The notes under the pieces were generated by a model that worked only from the letters and a program-made list of their open reading frames with translations, was not told where the DNA came from and ran no database searches. A stretch of 62,254 nt of DNA, the filler included, from Bacteriovoracaceae bacterium (lineage in GTDB: Bacteria > Bdellovibrionota > Bacteriovoracia > Bacteriovoracales > Bacteriovoracaceae): the NCBI GenBank assembly GCA_018649885.1. It is 4 parts of 4 records of this genome, joined end to end, with 100 filler letters (N's around TTAATTAATTAA, not from the genome) between each part and the next. Parts side by side here need not be neighbours in the genome. Positions count along the whole stretch, not along the records: positions 20,607 to 41,848 come from JABIHA010000019.1; 3 more parts are not named here. One strand, written 5' to 3'. Below, piece after piece: positions 27,453 to 36,795 of the stretch. Every line of letters begins with the position of its first letter. Within the stretch, counting starts at the first letter, position 1. The position numbers were made by a program, and so were the translations under genes.

Positions 27453-28775
27453 TCAGCTTCGGTTTCTATTATTTTGCACTTGTTTGTAAATGAGAAAAAA
27501 ACTGACGAGCAAAAAGGGAATGCCTGGCAGTATGGGAAATACTATTCCAACAACGCCAACAATGAAGCATACAATTGCTACAATGAGAACTAGTGATGGA
27601 GGCAGTAGTAGTGGGTTTTGATGGAGGTTATTTTCTTTGTATATAAAGGCCAAAGAGAAGTTAGAAATTAGTGATAAAAGAATATAGAAAAATAGCCTTT
27701 CTAATTTGATCATAAAAGGGGCACGTTTTAAGAATTGTTCGCTCTCAACCTTTTTACAACCCGTTTCAATTAATTGATCAATTTTTTGCTTTAGGGTTTG
27801 TGAAAATTCTTTTGAATAAATATTGAGGTTCATCTCCAAGTTGCCTTGGTAGCTGGTGTAATTGAGATTGAATGAGCCTATGGTAGACCAAAGTCCATCT
27901 ACGCAAGCAAGCTTTCCATGTAAAATTGATTTCTCCCACTGATAGATTTCTATTCCTTCTTTGAGAAAAAATCCGTAGAGGTATTCACTTGCAAGTATCC
28001 AAGATGGCCAATCTGAAATTTGAGGTAATATTAGTCGGACTCTAACACCTCTTTTTTTTGCGGCTACCAACTCATTCATGAAGTTTTTACGAGGAAAAAA
28101 ATAGGAATTAATAATAGTAATACTCTCTTGGGCCATTTGTGTAATGGCCAAGTATTCTTTGGTAATGGCCCGGCGGTTTCTAACCCAATCATTAACGAGC
28201 ATTTTTACTTTGTGGTCTCCACAGTTCGGAGTAAACACAGGAAGAAGAGGAAATTGAAGCTCGTTTTTGTGATTTTTTTGAAAAAGCTTCTGACAATAAT
28301 CAGAAATTTTTAAAACAACAGGACCCTTAACATATACAGCGAAATCAAGTCTTGGCCCTTCAGGGAATTCTGTATCATAAGCTGAGTGAAGATTGATTCC
28401 TCCCACTATGGCCTCAGTGTCATCAACTATGACAACTTTGTGATGAAGTCTTCTTCCCCATTTGGCAATTGAAAAGGCTCCAAGTCGATTAAAACGGCAA
28501 AAAATAGCGCCGGACTCACAAAGTTTTTGGTCAATTTCTTTTGGTAGCTCTTTTGAGCCAATACTATCTACTAAGATGTAAACAGCAACACCTTTAAGTC
28601 TTGCTTCCAAAAGAGATTCAATTACCTTAGATCCAAACTCATCATCACTAAAGATATACATTTGTATGTGAATAATACTGGTCGCTGCCTTGATTATCTC
28701 AAGAACTTTTTGATCATACTGAGTACCATCAAGTAATAGGCTTATTTGATGACCGGTTGGAGCAGAATCATTCAT
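27453..28775 (-). CDS. clsB: Cardiolipin synthase B-like phospholipase D with C-terminal membrane hairpin
   Basis: Two HKD motifs (HHKVVIVD, HGKLACVD); downstream of the ybhP-like gene. Confidence 0.85.
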   Translation of the reverse strand: MNDSAPTGHQISLLLDGTQYDQKVLEIIKAATSIIHIQMYIFSDDEFGSKVIESLLEARLKGVAVYILVDSIGSKELPKEIDQKLCESGAIFCRFNRLGAFSIAKWGRRLHHKVVIVDDTEAIVGGINLHSAYDTEFPEGPRLDFAVYVKGPVVLKISDYCQKLFQKNHKNELQFPLLPVFTPNCGDHKVKMLVNDWVRNRRAITKEYLAITQMAQESITIINSYFFPRKNFMNELVAAKKRGVRVRLILPQISDWPSWILASEYLYGFFLKEGIEIYQWEKSILHGKLACVDGLWSTIGSFNLNYTSYQGNLEMNLNIYSKEFSQTLKQKIDQLIETGCKKVESEQFLKRAPFMIKLERLFFYILLSLISNFSLAFIYKENNLHQNPLLLPPSLVLIVAIVCFIVGVVGIVFPILPGIPFLLVSFFLIYKQVQNNRNRS

Positions 28776-29514
28776 AAAATTCTAGCTCACAATAAATGGG
28801 AATGTGATCAGAAGGAGATATATTCATGGGCATGCTGATGGTCTTGGCCTGAATGACTTTTAGGTTTTTGATGTAGACTCTGTCTAGTGCCAGGAAGGGG
28901 AATTGGGCCGGAAAGGTTTTGGCAAAACTGCCATTAATACTTTTGTAGGCATCAGTCATTTCTAGCTCTAATTCAAAATACCTTGGGGATTTTTTATTCC
29001 AGTCGTTGAAGTCTCCTGCAAGTATGATGGGAGAGTTATTTTCGACAACAATTTCTTGCACTTTCTCCATGACAATTTGATATTGTTTGACTCTATCAGA
29101 GTGGAGAAGATTAAGATGTAAGCACATGGCAAAAATAGATCTTCCCTCCAATTGAGGAGGTTTAATTTCGGCCATCAAAAGGCCTCTTTTTTCGAAACGG
29201 TTGGTGGTGAGGCTAGTGTTCTCCCAGTTTTCAATGGGGTATTTACTAAGTATTAGGTTACCGTGATGTCCATGATCATAGATGGCATTTTGAGCGTACG
29301 AGTAATGTGACCAAATAGTATCTGCCAGGAATTCAAATTGTTCGTCTATCAGTCCCTTGTCTTTAAATTTTTGATTTTCACCCACAACTTCTTGTAAAAA
29401 GACTAAGTCTGCTCCGGAGTCGGTAATGATTTCTTTAATTCTATCGAGGGTATAATTTTGATTTTTCCAATCAAAGCCTTTGTGAATATTGTAACTCAAT
29501 ACCTTGATTTTCAT
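28768..29514 (-). CDS. ybhP: Endonuclease/exonuclease/phosphatase family protein (YbhP-like)
   Basis: SYNIHKG, LQEV, GHHGN, AGDFNDW, LDRVY, SDH. Confidence 0.85.
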   Translation of the reverse strand: MKIKVLSYNIHKGFDWKNQNYTLDRIKEIITDSGADLVFLQEVVGENQKFKDKGLIDEQFEFLADTIWSHYSYAQNAIYDHGHHGNLILSKYPIENWENTSLTTNRFEKRGLLMAEIKPPQLEGRSIFAMCLHLNLLHSDRVKQYQIVMEKVQEIVVENNSPIILAGDFNDWNKKSPRYFELELEMTDAYKSINGSFAKTFPAQFPFLALDRVYIKNLKVIQAKTISMPMNISPSDHIPIYCELEFYE

Positions 29515-29592
29515 TTTATTTTCTGCCGCTAAGTATAGTAGAAATCATACTTTGATTTTAAACTGATATAAGTGGGGCGACAACCCTAATAC

Positions 29593-30207
29593 CTATTCAT
29601 TTTCTAATTGGTCTTTTGAGCAAAAGATATAGCTAGTTGCGAGTAGGTGAGGTGCAGAAATTGAAGGAAGTCCCTCCACATAAGCTCTGTCGGCAACTTC
29701 TTCAGTCTGGACCCTTTCACCAACGAGGTCACCATCTTTTGTGACTTTTAGGTATGAGGCAGCAGCAATGGGGTAGACCTCCATGAAAAGACCCTTCTCG
29801 GTAAAGTACATGGGGACATGCCCTCCAGCAAAATTATCGCTGAAGATTACATTTTCATTGGAGGCCAGCTCTGGGTCTTCTCCAATATTATCTAGTCTCT
29901 CGGCAAGGTTTTCGGGAAGTGAGAATTGAATATCGCGAGCAAAGCTATAGTAGGCCCTATTTTCACTTCTCCAATCTGACTCATTTCCACTTAAAAATAT
30001 AAATGAATTGATATCTGAACAGATCCAAAATTTTCCCAACTCTAGATCGGACTCTTTTGGAGTTCTTGCCTCTTTAAATGCCTGCCTCATGTGGGCGACA
30101 TTGGGAAGTGTGAGAATCTTTTGTCTTAACTCCAAGGACGTCTCTGCGTGGGCATTACAGATAGTGGCAAGAAGTAGTGTCTTAACAAATATAGTAGATT
30201 TTTTCAT
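29593..30207 (-). CDS. Hypothetical secreted protein
   Basis: Signal peptide ending AHA; 204-aa ORF. Confidence 0.6.
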   Translation of the reverse strand: MKKSTIFVKTLLLATICNAHAETSLELRQKILTLPNVAHMRQAFKEARTPKESDLELGKFWICSDINSFIFLSGNESDWRSENRAYYSFARDIQFSLPENLAERLDNIGEDPELASNENVIFSDNFAGGHVPMYFTEKGLFMEVYPIAAASYLKVTKDGDLVGERVQTEEVADRAYVEGLPSISAPHLLATSYIFCSKDQLENE

Positions 30208-30330
30208 GATAGGGTGATCTAAGATTGAGCTGATAATGGCAAGTGAGCTTGTAATTTGTTCAGATTTTTGAATAAGATTTTGTTACAATTAAAAACCAGT
30301 GTGAAACATGGTTTGAGTTTTAAGGAGTTT

Positions 30331-31317
30331 ATGAGAATAATTTGGGTTTTTTCAATACTTTTTTCACACCTTGCGTTCGGTAAAGTCGAAAACTTTAATC
30401 TGTCCCTTCCTTGGGAGAGAGAAATCACAGGTATCGAGTTACTAGTGGCCTCTCCAGTACTGTGGAGATATTTGGGAATTGATAGTGATCACCGTGATGT
30501 GGAGCATCCAGCTGAGGCCCAGGCGACATTTGGGCACATTCTTTTTAGATTAGTTGACGATGGACCAATCAAAGATCAGTGGACAGTTGGTGTCTCTGCT
30601 GATTTGGACCAAAATCGTGATGGCATTGAAGACCAGGCTTCCATTTTTAAAGGATTTATTGGGGGGATTGTTGATAATATAAACCTATTTGGACCCTCAG
30701 AGGGGACTAATAAGGTTGAATATGGATATGCTAAATTTCTCGATCTTATGACAATTGAGCAAGCAGAAGTGCACTTTCTAGATAAATCAGACAGAGTTTT
30801 AAGTCGTTATATTATACCAACTTCATCTTCTGAAATCGCTGAATTAAAAACTTTGCTAAAAGATTACTATGAGAAGGGGCTAAAATGGGAAAATGGCAGC
30901 TATAGTTTTTTGTTTGAAAATTGTTCCACTGAAATCACTCAAATTTTTAATAAGGCCTTGATAGACAAAAAAAGTCCCCTTGAATTTAATTTACCTACCT
31001 CTGTGCCTGATAGTTATGGTGAGTTTGGGCTCATAACTCCCTTAATTAAGTCAGTTTCATTTGATCTCAAAAAGCTTCATGGTCCCTCGAGTGATAAGAA
31101 TTGGGGAGTTTCAAAAAATCTTCTGAGGCTCTGCTCTGGAGAGGATCATCTTTGCCAAAAATCATGGATAGACTCGGCCTTAAATAAAATAGGTGTGCCC
31201 TGGCTAAAAAAATTCAAGAATTACTTTAGGGGAGCTAATGGTGAGAAAGGGACATTTTACTACAATCGTTTTGGTAAAAAATTTAGAGAAAAGCTAAGTG
31301 GTTATTTCAAATTGTAA
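30331..31317 (+). CDS. DUF4105 / Lnb-like N-terminal domain protein
   Basis: Signal peptide, FGH and YSFLFENCST motifs; AAGGAG RBS. Confidence 0.7.
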   Translation: MRIIWVFSILFSHLAFGKVENFNLSLPWEREITGIELLVASPVLWRYLGIDSDHRDVEHPAEAQATFGHILFRLVDDGPIKDQWTVGVSADLDQNRDGIEDQASIFKGFIGGIVDNINLFGPSEGTNKVEYGYAKFLDLMTIEQAEVHFLDKSDRVLSRYIIPTSSSEIAELKTLLKDYYEKGLKWENGSYSFLFENCSTEITQIFNKALIDKKSPLEFNLPTSVPDSYGEFGLITPLIKSVSFDLKKLHGPSSDKNWGVSKNLLRLCSGEDHLCQKSWIDSALNKIGVPWLKKFKNYFRGANGEKGTFYYNRFGKKFREKLSGYFKL

Positions 31318-32114
31318 AAATCCATACACAGTACCTGCATTGTATCTTCTGGAGCAGACTCAGTGAGAGTTGCTCTGTATTGTTCAATGCATTTCAAAAA
31401 TATCTCCATAAATTTAGGGATATCTTTTTTTGCGATAGAGGCTACTGATGTGTAGTGCAAATTACTTGGCTCACTTGTGTCTAAGGTACCTAGAGCATGG
31501 ACCCTCCAGTTAGCGTGGTGCTTAAATATTTCTGGTGAATTTTTTGAAAGGTGAAGCGGATGGCCCGGTCCAATTTCAAAACCAGATCTATTTGCACGTG
31601 CAAGGCCTATGGTGACGAGAAATTCTAAAACTTCTCCCACGACACTTTTTGGTAATCTTAGGGCCTCAGAAATTTCAGCAATTGTTTGCCTTCCCTCAAT
31701 TAAAAGTCCCAAGTGAACGGCAGCGTAGTGCCAACTAGAGTAGTATCTACTCTCATCACTCTTAGCTATTTCACCTTTTACCTTAAGTCTTTTTTTCAAA
31801 TCGAGGCGGACGGCCTTGATTTCGTCCATTTCCTTTTGAAAATGATTTTTTAACTGGACTGTGCCAGCTCTTTGTTTTTGGATAAGTAGGAAAAAGAATT
31901 TTGACTCAAGATGTGAGAGTCCAAAAAATGCGGCGATCTTGAGCCCTTGCTCCAAAGAAAAGTGTGCACCTGCTCCTAGAACTTTTGATAAATAGGCCGT
32001 TTGGAATCCTACGTATTCAGATAATGCTTTTTTGACTCCGCGACCTTTACGAGGCATGTTCTCGATTTTTTCTTCGAGGTAGAGCTTATAGTCGCTGTGG
32101 CCGAAAATATCCAT
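31302..32114 (-). CDS. TIGR02147/DUF4423 family HTH protein
   Basis: DYK.YL, RGV, YYSSWHYAAVH, HHANWR, LHYTS. Confidence 0.85.
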   Translation of the reverse strand: MDIFGHSDYKLYLEEKIENMPRKGRGVKKALSEYVGFQTAYLSKVLGAGAHFSLEQGLKIAAFFGLSHLESKFFFLLIQKQRAGTVQLKNHFQKEMDEIKAVRLDLKKRLKVKGEIAKSDESRYYSSWHYAAVHLGLLIEGRQTIAEISEALRLPKSVVGEVLEFLVTIGLARANRSGFEIGPGHPLHLSKNSPEIFKHHANWRVHALGTLDTSEPSNLHYTSVASIAKKDIPKFMEIFLKCIEQYRATLTESAPEDTMQVLCMDFYNLK

Positions 32115-32369
32115 TTTTACCTAATTTTAGTAAGTTAACATATCAAACCGTCATAAAGTTTATCGAATCATTTGTATATTTACTTAAGTTTGCTCAAATG
32201 AGGAGAATTTTTTGTGTTGGGAAGTTTTGTTTAATTTCATGGACTTGCCCAGGCTGACTTAACCAAATGGAGGTGTTTGTTCCCCTTTTTAACCAAAAAA
32301 ATCTAGCGAGGTATAGAGATATATCCTACATTGCAATGCGTTACGAAGTTTTTGTTGGGGGCAACACTT

Positions 32370-32894
32370 ATGCAAGAAATTATTCAAAGTGTGATTAAAA
32401 GCAAGTTTGAATCAATTAGGAATAGAAATCCTTCTTATTCACTTCGGGCCTTTTCCTCAAAACTGGGGATAAGTCCTGGAGCCGCATCTACTATCATGAA
32501 TGGTAAGAGAAAAATTTCACAAAAAATGGCCTTAAGATTGGCCTCAAATTTAGGACTTAATGAAGCTGAAAGAGAAGAGTTTATGAGTCCATTTACATAC
32601 GATCAATTGGCCCAGTTCACAGGTCCACTACACAAGAAAATAAAAGCTATTAGTACATTTTTTGAGGGACCAATTGATTGGTATCATTTGGGTATATTGA
32701 ATATTGTGATGAGTGAATCTCGCGCTTTTTCTGCAGATGAAATCAGCCAAAGATTGTGTCTCGATGGACAGTTAGTGAGACTTGCCCTGAGTGGCCTCGC
32801 TGGCAGTTCTCTTTTGAGTAGTGGAAGTCCTGAAGATGAGAGCTATTACTTCTCTTGTTCAAAGTCACTTTTTAGTAGTAGTTTAAATATTTAA
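32370..32894 (+). CDS. Short TIGR02147-like HTH protein lacking most of the C-terminal domain
   Basis: RNPSYSLRAFS..LGISP...IMNGKR, DWYHLGIL. Confidence 0.75.
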   Translation: MQEIIQSVIKSKFESIRNRNPSYSLRAFSSKLGISPGAASTIMNGKRKISQKMALRLASNLGLNEAEREEFMSPFTYDQLAQFTGPLHKKIKAISTFFEGPIDWYHLGILNIVMSESRAFSADEISQRLCLDGQLVRLALSGLAGSSLLSSGSPEDESYYFSCSKSLFSSSLNI

Positions 32895-33703
32895 ATGTGA
32901 TTTTTGGCCAAGAGGCTATAAAACTGGGCAGAAAAACAAAACACATCGTCATTTTGATTTCCCTGGTCATGATATTTTCTGCAAAACTCTTTTTTAAAAT
33001 TCTTCAAGTCTTGTTTTGCTTCACTGACTCGGCTTCTTTTTACTGAAAAAACAATTGAAGGGGTATTATTTGGATCAATTGGTGTGAGCTTTGCAACGTC
33101 ATGAATTTTTTGGAGCGAATTTTGTTGAAACTTGGAAATGACTGATGCTGGAAGATGATTTTCTAATGTGCGGTAATCAGCTGTCGCTGTCCAAATACCC
33201 CCATTTTTGATCTCCATAAGTCCAATGTTAAGTAAATGCTTTACCGCTTGGTGAGCGCCTCTTGTAGTGATTCCTAGCTTATCGCCAATCCACTGGAAGC
33301 TACTTTCGAAAGATTCTAATTTCATCAATTCTAAAATAGCAATATGCTCCCATGTGATAAAATAAGTCATTAGATTTTGGAGATTAGGAGATCCAAAACC
33401 TGGTGATTGTCTATCAACCACTCTTTGCTTAGCTTCCGTTTTCTTCTGGTGGTTTGTTTTTTTTGATATGGTAACCAGGTCACAAAAGTGATTTATTCCA
33501 TCTTGGTCTAGATCAAGTTTTAAAGCAATCTCTCTTGATTTTTTTTCTGAAAGACCATAGCGGCCCTTTAGTACTTCACTGAGAGTTGAAGGAGATATTC
33601 CCAAATCTCTGGCAAAGGCCCTCTGCGAATAGCTAGGATTGTTTCCCGCTCTTTTTTGCAGAACCTGCTTTAATACTTCTCTAAAGTCTGTTTCAAATAT
33701 CAT
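32891..33703 (-). CDS. TIGR02147/DUF4423 family HTH protein
   Basis: NPSYSQRAFARDLGISPSTLSEVLKGRYGLS, WEHIAILEL. Confidence 0.88.
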   Translation of the reverse strand: MIFETDFREVLKQVLQKRAGNNPSYSQRAFARDLGISPSTLSEVLKGRYGLSEKKSREIALKLDLDQDGINHFCDLVTISKKTNHQKKTEAKQRVVDRQSPGFGSPNLQNLMTYFITWEHIAILELMKLESFESSFQWIGDKLGITTRGAHQAVKHLLNIGLMEIKNGGIWTATADYRTLENHLPASVISKFQQNSLQKIHDVAKLTPIDPNNTPSIVFSVKRSRVSEAKQDLKNFKKEFCRKYHDQGNQNDDVFCFSAQFYSLLAKNHI

Positions 33704-34290
33704 GAAACGACAGTAACATGGGAACTTGTTTGTTCTGTAGGTAGTCCTAATTGATGAATTTTTTTCAGCAGCGTGTACAAATTTGGAGTTTTAGAATTCA
33801 TTATGTTGATTACCAGAAAAAAAGTATGTAGTGGTTTCTTTATAGTTTTAAATCCATGTTTATTTTTTTGTGATTTGTAAAAAAACATAGTCCTCAAATT
33901 TGTTTTATTGTGAATACATTCTGTGCGAATTTGATTTTTCACTTAGAAAATACAATCCGATAAATAGATCAATAAAATTTTTTAATAGAAATAAACTATG
34001 AAGAACCTTTATTCTGGACATGAGCACCAATATCTATATAATGTTTGGTATATCAAACAAAAGTTTGGCTAGGAGGACTCGTGGTTATTCGTAACTGTCT
34101 CTCGCTGCTGGGAGAGCTTTCAGAATTAGAGAGAAAAATAGGTGATGCACAAAAGCTAGCTGAAAGTTTACAGCTCGATATTGATACCAGGAAGCTTCTG
34201 GTGCTTTGCTTATCTGAAACTAGTGCAAAGTACAGTGATAGTGAATCCAAGTGATTACAAAAGCCGTGGGCCATAGTATGAATAGTACTG

Positions 34291-34812
34291 ATGGAAAAGT
34301 ACTTAGGAATTCCTGAAATTGTTGGTGTCGTGGGCCTTTGCTTTCGTGGCTTTTGCTACATGCTCCTCGGGGTCTTCCTGGAGGTTAGCTTTTCTGTTTT
34401 TCTGATTGAGAAGGTTACCGGTGCACCCGTTGCCAAAAGGGTGTCGAAGAATCATCTTGAGGGACACATTTCCTTATATATGTATCCTCTCCATGCACTA
34501 GGCATGGTTTTTGGATTTGAGTTGGTGCTGAGGCAAATGGTCCACCTCCAAATGGGGGTTCGGTATCTGATTTGGTGTGTGCTGTTTACAGCAGTAGAGT
34601 TTGTTTATGGCATGCTACTTCATAAATTTGTGGGACTTTTTCCGTGGGACTACTACAAGCTTTCAAAATATAAAATTGGTAAAAATGGCTATAGCCTCTA
34701 CACTATAATCCCGCTTTGGGGAGTGGCAGGGTTGATTTTGGAGCAGGCCAGTTTGCTTCTTCAGTTCTTAAGCCCGTTTGCGGTCAATTATTTTTTCGAT
34801 AAAATCCAATAA
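34291..34812 (+). CDS. TMEM229/CmpB-like (putative ABC type IV) membrane protein
   Basis: GHISLYMYP, EFVYG, PWDY motifs; about 4 TM segments. Confidence 0.7.
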   Translation: MEKYLGIPEIVGVVGLCFRGFCYMLLGVFLEVSFSVFLIEKVTGAPVAKRVSKNHLEGHISLYMYPLHALGMVFGFELVLRQMVHLQMGVRYLIWCVLFTAVEFVYGMLLHKFVGLFPWDYYKLSKYKIGKNGYSLYTIIPLWGVAGLILEQASLLLQFLSPFAVNYFFDKIQ

Positions 34813-34906
34813 AAATCTCTAAAAAACTATTGCGCGAAGCGGAGCAAGACTTCTCAAAGCGCCCAGCTTTTACTACTGTTAGTTCTGTCAAAACTGGAGG
34901 ATACCA

Positions 34907-35434
34907 ATGCCTATTAAAAGTCGCATTAGAACTATTGCTGATTTTCCTAAAGCTGGGATTATGTACAGAGATATTACAACTCTTCTGAAAGATCCTCTGG
35001 GATTAAAAATTACAGTTGATAGTCTCGTCAAAAGATATAGTGATATGGAAATTGATGTTGTGGCAGGGATTGAGGCCCGGGGATTTATTATTGGAGCGCC
35101 CATTGCGATGGCACTTGGTAAAGGCTTTATCCCCATTCGAAAAAAGGGAAAGCTTCCTGGGGAGACCTACTCTCAAGATTACCAATTAGAGTATGGTGTA
35201 GACACTATTGAAATTCACACAGATGCTTTTGAAAAAGGGCAAAGAGTTTTAATGGTCGACGACTTGCTTGCAACTGGCGGAACAATGGTTGGTGCCATTG
35301 AATTGGTGGAAAAAGCAGGAGCAGTTCCGGTCCACGCCTGTTTTATAGTTGATTTACCTGAATTAAAGGGTGGAGTGAGACTTAAAGAAAAAGGCATGGG
35401 TTTCTATGCTTTGACCGAGTTTGATGGCCACTAA
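34907..35434 (+). CDS. apt: Adenine phosphoribosyltransferase
   Basis: DFPKAGIMYRDIT, GIEARGF, RKKGKLP, LEYG, VDDLLATGGT. Confidence 0.97.
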   Translation: MPIKSRIRTIADFPKAGIMYRDITTLLKDPLGLKITVDSLVKRYSDMEIDVVAGIEARGFIIGAPIAMALGKGFIPIRKKGKLPGETYSQDYQLEYGVDTIEIHTDAFEKGQRVLMVDDLLATGGTMVGAIELVEKAGAVPVHACFIVDLPELKGGVRLKEKGMGFYALTEFDGH

Positions 35435-35696
35435 AATAGCTGTACTTTCTTTTTTGATATTGGTGGTGCTATCAGGATGCACTCACTACGACGTCTATAG
35501 TATTAGAGATGATGCTAGAAGAAAGTACTATGTGTTCACCTGCCACCACTATGATTACTGTAATAAGGGCTGTTATGCTTACTGCGGTAATGGATATTCT
35601 CTACCTACTAACAAATTTGCAAAGGACCATTTGGCCCAAAACCCTCCTCCTAAGAACCATGATCGGATTGTAGTTAAATGTGATGATGAGTTGTAG
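35424..35696 (+). CDS. Small Cys-rich lipoprotein
   Basis: Lipobox LSGC; further Cys in a C-x5-C-x3-C-x3-C pattern. Confidence 0.6.
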   Translation: MATKIAVLSFLILVVLSGCTHYDVYSIRDDARRKYYVFTCHHYDYCNKGCYAYCGNGYSLPTNKFAKDHLAQNPPPKNHDRIVVKCDDEL

Positions 35697-35697
35697 G

Positions 35698-35730
35698 AAA
35701 AAAAAAGGCCGAGTCGAAACCCGGCCTTTT
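35698..35730. terminator. Bidirectional terminator
   Basis: A-run GGCCG-loop-CGGCC T-run between convergent genes. Confidence 0.85.
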
Positions 35731-35737
35731 AAGTAAA

Positions 35738-36505
35738 TTATTTTAAATTGTTTTTTCTGAATGCCCTGTCGTGTACAGAAACACCGAACTGTCTTTTATT
35801 CCAAGATAGGACAGAGCGTTTCTTTGTTTGAATATTTTCAACCTGGATACTTTCTGGTCTAAAGAATTTCTTTGATCCAGCAGTGTAGTTTTTGTACCCC
35901 TCAATTGTGGCCACCTTTAAAATCTCGCCCTTTCTGTCAAAGTACTCTACTTTTACAGGAGCGTTAAAACTTTTTGAGATGATGGAAACAACTTTACTGT
36001 ATCCACTTCGCTTTTTGGGGGTTCTTTCAAGTATCCAAACATCTCCAAATTTTTTGTCTTTTCCTTCTTTTACAATCTTAAAATTATAGTTTTCAAGGTT
36101 CACTGAACCTAAGTCTTCGTAAGTAAATTCAGAACCCATAAATTGAGATTCTTTACTGGATGAAGTAATTTTCTTGGTTCTTTTTATCTTTGGCATATAA
36201 AGCCATTGCTTATCACTTGCACCTTCTTCAGTCCAAGTTAATAGTTTAGTTCCTTTAACATCTTGAGGATTGAGAAAAGTCATAAGCGACTTTGTTCCTC
36301 TCTTACCTCCCGCTTCCTTAAAGAGTCCGTTAATTAGCCTCTTTATTTCGGTACCATGGGAATCGATGATTTTGAGTTCCATTTGAACTCTTTCTGTTCC
36401 AAACCCTTCAGCATTGGCCCTAAGAGTTTTTGCCAAATTAAGGCCTTTTGTATCAGCGTATGCTGAACTAAGTGATACTAGTGATAAAAATATTGCGAGT
36501 TTCAT
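35738..36505 (-). CDS. Outer-membrane lipoprotein-sorting (LolA-like) protein
   Basis: PQDVKGTKLL, QWLYMP, FMGSEFTYEDL, EYFDRKG. Confidence 0.9.
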   Translation of the reverse strand: MKLAIFLSLVSLSSAYADTKGLNLAKTLRANAEGFGTERVQMELKIIDSHGTEIKRLINGLFKEAGGKRGTKSLMTFLNPQDVKGTKLLTWTEEGASDKQWLYMPKIKRTKKITSSSKESQFMGSEFTYEDLGSVNLENYNFKIVKEGKDKKFGDVWILERTPKKRSGYSKVVSIISKSFNAPVKVEYFDRKGEILKVATIEGYKNYTAGSKKFFRPESIQVENIQTKKRSVLSWNKRQFGVSVHDRAFRKNNLK

Positions 36506-36795
36506 TTAAATCCTCCAAAGAGATAAATATCTGTGCATGGTGGATTATAGTACGGTTTGAAATTTGATTGAATGCAGATTGAAGTATTTATATACTCCGT
36601 ACATAGAAATGTGAACAAGTGATGCAACAGTGGTTAAGCTTGTGAGTATGTGTGAGCTCGCACTTAGAGCAAAATCAGTAAAAAGTGTCTAAATATTAGT
36701 CACATTGGTAATTAAAACCAATCAATATATAGTTTTATCCGCACTTTTTAAAAAAAACAGTAACTTTCTCTCATTACCACCGTCCTATTTATACT

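Noticed and set aside
33700..34274. Short ORFs 33700-33942, 34045-34254 and 34053-34274
   Set aside because: No recognisable motifs. A GTG at 34081 has an AGGAGG RBS, but support is too thin to call.
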